A DNA stretch of 52,251 nt from Chromera velia. Lineage: Eukaryota. This document shows, piece by piece, positions 47,801 to 52,251 of this stretch. The position numbers and the translations under genes were made by a program. Position 1 is the first letter of the stretch; each line of letters starts with the position of its first letter. Location of the stretch: NCBI GenBank assembly GCA_018398765.1, contig JAHBMJ010000254.1:1-52251 (forward strand), read 5' to 3'. The notes below the pieces were generated by a model, which searched no databases, was not told the origin of the DNA, and was given only the letters and a program-made list of their open reading frames with translations.

Positions 47801-50800
47801 TTTTCTCCTTTTTCCCCCTTCCCTTCAGTCCTGCATAATTTTGCTTCCCTTCATTTTCTTCCTTTTTGGATCCAGAGCCTCGGCCGGGGGCCTCGATCAA
47901 GTTCATTTAAAGAAAGAAACGGTGCTCCACTTCACTTCATTTTGCAAGCGCCTTTTTTGTTGGGGCGCAGCAGCATGAATGCATTCGGGTCGGCTGGAGG
48001 CGCATTTTCCGTCTCCGTCCGATGCAGCTTTCTCATGCAGTTGTTGTGTGTGTCTGCATTCTCTCTCTGCATGTGCATTCGCTCCGTCTCTGTCTCACTC
48101 TCTCTGCATGTGCATTCGCGCCGTCTCCGTCTCACTCTCTCTGCATGTGCATTCGCTTCGTCTCCGTCTCACTCTCTCTGCATGTGCATTCGCTCCGTCT
48201 CCGTCTCACTCTCTCTGCAAGTGCATTCGCGGCTCGAACCGCATTTTTCCTTCCTGTCAGGCTGCTTGCTTATATACGTCTGAGCGACATTCGAATTCAT
48301 TTGCATGCAGCCACCACAACGACTACCACCACAACGACAACCACTACGACTACCACCACGACCACGACGACCACAACCACGACTTGTCCCACCAGCTTCA
48401 ACAGAGGCTGCTATAGCTTTGAGAACATGAAGGGAGAGCAGGAGGGCTTCACGTGGGCAGAGGAGGAGTCGGAGGAGATGACGAACCCCTTCTGCTCAAA
48501 GCTGTGCACCGAGAAGGGATTCCGGTACTCCGCAACCTTCAAGGGCAAGGACTGCGCCTGCACAGCCGAGCTGCCGCCTCCAGAGAGAACTAACGGTACC
48601 GTGTGCGACTTCTCCTGTCTCGGCGACTCTTCTGACTACTGCGGAGGGTCTCATGATGTGACGATCTTCGATTCCGTTTGCGGTCAGTGAAGCGTCAACA
48701 AAGGGCCTTGCAAAGGGGGTGGGATGATGGCATTTCTTTCTGCCTGCCTGATCTGTCTGTCTCCCTTTACCTGATTGCTCAATGTCTCTCTCTGTGTTCT
48801 GTCTCTGCAGCTCGTTTTGCATGCTCCTTTTTCTTTGCGTGTGTGTGTGAGAGAGAGAGAGTGAGTGTGTGTGCGCACGTGCGAGAGAGAGAGAAAGAGA
48901 GAGCATGCATGGTTGTCTTGTCTGTCATTTAGTCAGCGTGTATGGCTGTATCCTTTCACCGTCTTCTTTGTGGTTCCCCACCCACTCCAAAGATTTCGTT
49001 GCTGCCCTTGTCGCTTCCACCCTGTCTGTTCGAACGTGCAGAAGCTCCTCCGACGACCACTACTACCACCACTACAACGACCACAACAGAGCTCGGATGT
49101 GGTGAGTGCCTCGGTTGTTACCGCTTCCTTCGAGAGGAGGGGGACAACAAAGAGTGGACGATCGACATCGAGGAGAGTGAGGACATGACGAACGAATTGT
49201 GCGAAGAGAAGTGCCTGGAGGCAGGGAAGGCATATTCGGGCACCCTCAAGGGCACTGACTGCTGGTGAGTCGGTTTGTCAGTGAGTGAATGTGTGACTTT
49301 GTGGGACAAGCGGTCGACCGATGAAGCAGCCAGTCATTCAGTCACAAAAAAGACCTACGAGGGGTGAAACGCAGAAATGTGGTTCGGGGAAGGATTGAAA
49401 GAAGCAGAAAGACACCAGCAGGCAGAAGCAGGGAGAAAAAGTCTCCGTCTGTCTGTCTGTCTGTCACTTTTTTTCTTCGATTCGTCAAGCCTTTTCAGTG
49501 CATGTGTGGTGGCCTCCAATCCAATACGAAAGGAATTCATTTCATTGCACCAAATCGATCTGCTCTATCTGGACTCATGCCTGCCTGCCTACCCTCCTTC
49601 CTCCCTGCCTACCCACTTACTTGCTTGCCTGCAGGTGCGCGGACGTCCTCGATATTCCTCCCGTTGAGAAGGGGGAGTGCGACTTCAGTTGCACGGGCGG
49701 CGGTTTGTTCTCTGGGGACACCTGCGGGTCCACTCATCGACTCACCGTGTGCAACGCCGCTTGTCGTCAGTCTTTCCTCCCCTTCCGTCTTGGTGTGTGT
49801 GTGTACAGCTTTGTTCGATCTCGCAGCATAGATTCCCTCCTCTCCACTCCTCGAGCCGCTTCCCTTGTGTTCTCTCGTGGCTTTGAGGCTTCTTCCCTCC
49901 TCGCCGCTTTTCTGGGGGCGAGAGAGACTTCTTTCTTTCATCCGCTGCCTCCTTTGCTACCTTCTGACTGCCTCTCTGATTGATGCTCTTCCGTTCTCTC
50001 CTCTTTCTCGGATTTTTTCCACTAAGCCCGTCAAAACATTTGCATGTGCCTCTGCGCATGTGTGTGTCTGTGAGTCGCTGTGTCTACTCTTTTTCCTCGA
50101 CCCCTTTCTCTCTGTGCAGCCACGACGACCACCACAACCACAACAACGACCACCACCACGACTACCACCACGACGACCACCGTGTGTGCGGACCCGTTCA
50201 TCGGTTGTTACCGATTTGAGAACATTCTGGGCGACCAGAAGGGGTTCGAGTGGGTGCTGGAGGAGTCGGGAGAGACAACCAACGAGGTCTGCCGAGAGCT
50301 CTGCAGGACGGGGGGATACACGTACGCAGGGACGTTCAAGGGCTCCGACTGCGCGTGCTCCAACGAACTGCCCCCGACGGCAGAGGAGGAAGGGAAGTGC
50401 GAGTTCTCCTGCAGCGGTGACAGCTCCGAGTACTGTGGAGGGTCCCATGAGGCGACTCTTTCGACAACAGAATGCCGTCAGTCAGTCAGGCAGTCAGTCA
50501 GTCAGTCAGTCGAGCAAAAAGAAAGGGGGGCGTTCAGAAAAGGAGGTGGGCGGCCATCGGTTTGTCCTCTTCTGCGGCCGTGTATGGCTGGCTGTTCATC
50601 CCTCGCCTTCTTTCTGCTGCTCTTTCGGCTTCTTGCGCTTTCTCTTGCATCCAATTCATCGCCAACTCGTGCACTTGCTTCATTGAACCAACATGTCGGG
50701 TTGATTCTCTCTGTCTTCTCTCTCTTCTCTTCTCTTTGCCTGTCTTGGGGGGGGGATTTCTGTTCTGCTTTTGACGTTTGTCTCAGTTTCCTTCTCACAG

Positions 50801-52251
50801 AAGTTTGGGAGATGCTTCCCTCCTCCCCCTCGTTGCTGGCTGAATGTCTCTGATCGAAGCTCTTTTTTCCTTCGTGTCTTTCTTTCTCTCGTTGACTGTT
50901 GACATGAATGCCCCGATTCATGTAGTCAGGGAGGGCTTGTCTCTCTCGTTGTGCGTATACCTGTATGTGTATATGTGTATAAGTGTATGTGTATATTCAC
51001 TTGCGGGCTGTTGAATAAATTCATGTATTCATGCAGTGGAGGTCCCTGTGGAGACGACCACGACCACCCCCGCCCCCGAGGTGGAATGTGGTGAGTGCCT
51101 CGGTTGTTACCGGTTCCTGCGGACGGACGGGGATAACGACGGGTGGGAATTCGTGGGGGAGGAGACGACGACAGTCACAAACGAATTGTGTGGGGAAACC
51201 TGTCGAGACAACGGGTTCACCTACAGCGGCACCCTGAAGGGCCAGGACTGTCTGTGCACAAACGACGTCCATTCGCCGAAGGTGGATGACGAGACCTGTG
51301 ATATGCCGTGCGCAGGGGATTCGTCAGAAATCTGCGGGGCCACTCACGACATCTCGGTGTGCAAGTCTGCCTGCCGTCAGTCGCGTTCTCTCTTGATCTT
51401 TTTGTTCGTTGGTGTCTGTTTCGTTCAGTCCCTCCATCTCTCGTTTTGCTTGTGTGCATGCATGCTGTCTAGCTTTTCGTCTGACCTTGCAGTGAGGATG
51501 CATGTCAAGTTGCTCGAATCTTATATTCCGTGATTGTCTGTCTGCATGTCCCCTTGAACAGACACACAAAGAAATGCGCGGGAGGGAGGGAGGGAGCTCC
51601 TCTTTTCTCGGAAATTGCTCTCTCTCTGTCTTTGTGACTGCTCCGCTCAGCCTCACATTCAATTGAATGAGGATGAGCAAAGAAGAGAACATACGGAAGA
51701 AAGAGAGAGAGCGTGAAGGCCTTCACATTGCGATGATGCAATTGTCTTCCCTTCCCTTCCGCGTCCTCTGAATTGATGCTCTCCTGCATGCCTCGATCCA
51801 TCACAACCGCTTTCTCCCTCCCTTCCTGCCTGTCGCTTTCTCTTTTCATCTCTCACGGGAGGGGGGGATTTGCGCCTCTCCTTCCCTTTGCGCGGTGCGG
51901 GTAGGTAACGCGTGGTGGGATCCTGCATGCATGCACGAACAAACAGAAGACGTTCGTTCTTTTTCATGTGCATGCACATCTTGTATGTAGAGTCAACTTC
52001 GTGCCTCTCTGTATCGCTTTCTCATTTTGATTTTGTTTCCTTTCTCGTGTCCGTCTGAACTTCCGAAACTGCAGCGACAACTACCACCACCACCACGACC
52101 ACAACCACCACCCCGACCACGGAAGCCTGTGACGACCCCTTCGTTGGCTGCTTCCGCTTTGAGAACATCCGGGGCGACCAGACGGGGTTCGAGTGGGTGC
52201 TGGAGGAGTCCGACAAGACCACCAACGCAGTGTGCAGAGAGCTTTGCAGCA
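35854..52251 (+). CDS. Giant secreted/surface mucin-like protein with at least 17 WSC carbohydrate-binding domains separated by poly-Thr linkers (3'-partial)
   Basis: Signal peptide MRRSRLGRISAVAVALLLGLEMGAAQQ at 35854; its splice to the next exon is unresolved. Exons: 36520-37104, 37537-37956, (38524-38553), 38901-39329, 39778-40024+40433-40584, 40989-41384, 41788-42037+42382-42533, 42909-43310, 43556-43909, 44434-44674+45287-45438, 45856-46242, 46477-46830, 47181-47421+47644-47792, 48311-48682, 49042-49264+49635-49765, 50120-50476, 51037-51375, 52075->52251. Each domain has the WSC pattern GCY...MTxxxCxxxC...Y.G...G..CxC...C...CxG.....CG. Confidence 0.9.
48061..48230. repeat. 37-bp minisatellite, about 4.6 copies, in a WSC-gene intron
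   Basis: Unit ctctctctgcatgtgcattcgctccgtctccgtctca starts at 48061, 48098, 48135, 48172 and 48209. Confidence 0.92.

Noticed and set aside
6258..52251. Functional cluster linking the GT61 glycosyltransferase to the Thr-rich WSC mucin
   Set aside because: They are 25 kb apart with unrelated genes between them, and nothing in the sequence supports co-regulation.

Overview
This is eukaryotic, intron-rich genomic DNA with spliceosomal GT-AG introns, dense 4-mer microsatellites, and abundant TGCATGC motifs between genes. The style fits a chromerid alveolate such as Chromera velia, but that is inference, not verified. Genes in order: the 3' end of an unknown + strand gene (to 2025); a small intronless secreted Cys-rich protein (3676-4200); a 6-exon GT61/EOGT-like glycosyltransferase (-, 6258-10367); a decayed LRR pseudogene (~11640-14170); a large filamin-repeat/coiled-coil/low-complexity gene (-, 14726-21954) divergent from a 3-exon TBC Rab-GAP (22812-25483). 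A repeat-rich zone (26-35.5 kb) follows, with two copies of a dispersed repeat, two nested MITE-like insertions, and a 5'-truncated CRE-like non-LTR retrotransposon with a 10-bp TSD. The window ends in a giant secreted mucin-like protein with at least 17 WSC domains on phase-1 modules (35854 to the window end). Two signals stand out. (1) WSC exons are near-identical at the nucleotide level while their flanking introns are unrelated, and half-domains are shuffled. (2) A recurrent direct repeat / AT-rich fold-back spacer / direct repeat structure appears at least 6 times, shares spacer motifs, and often copies a splice site. All gene models were spliced by eye. No rRNA, tRNA or CRISPR was seen.
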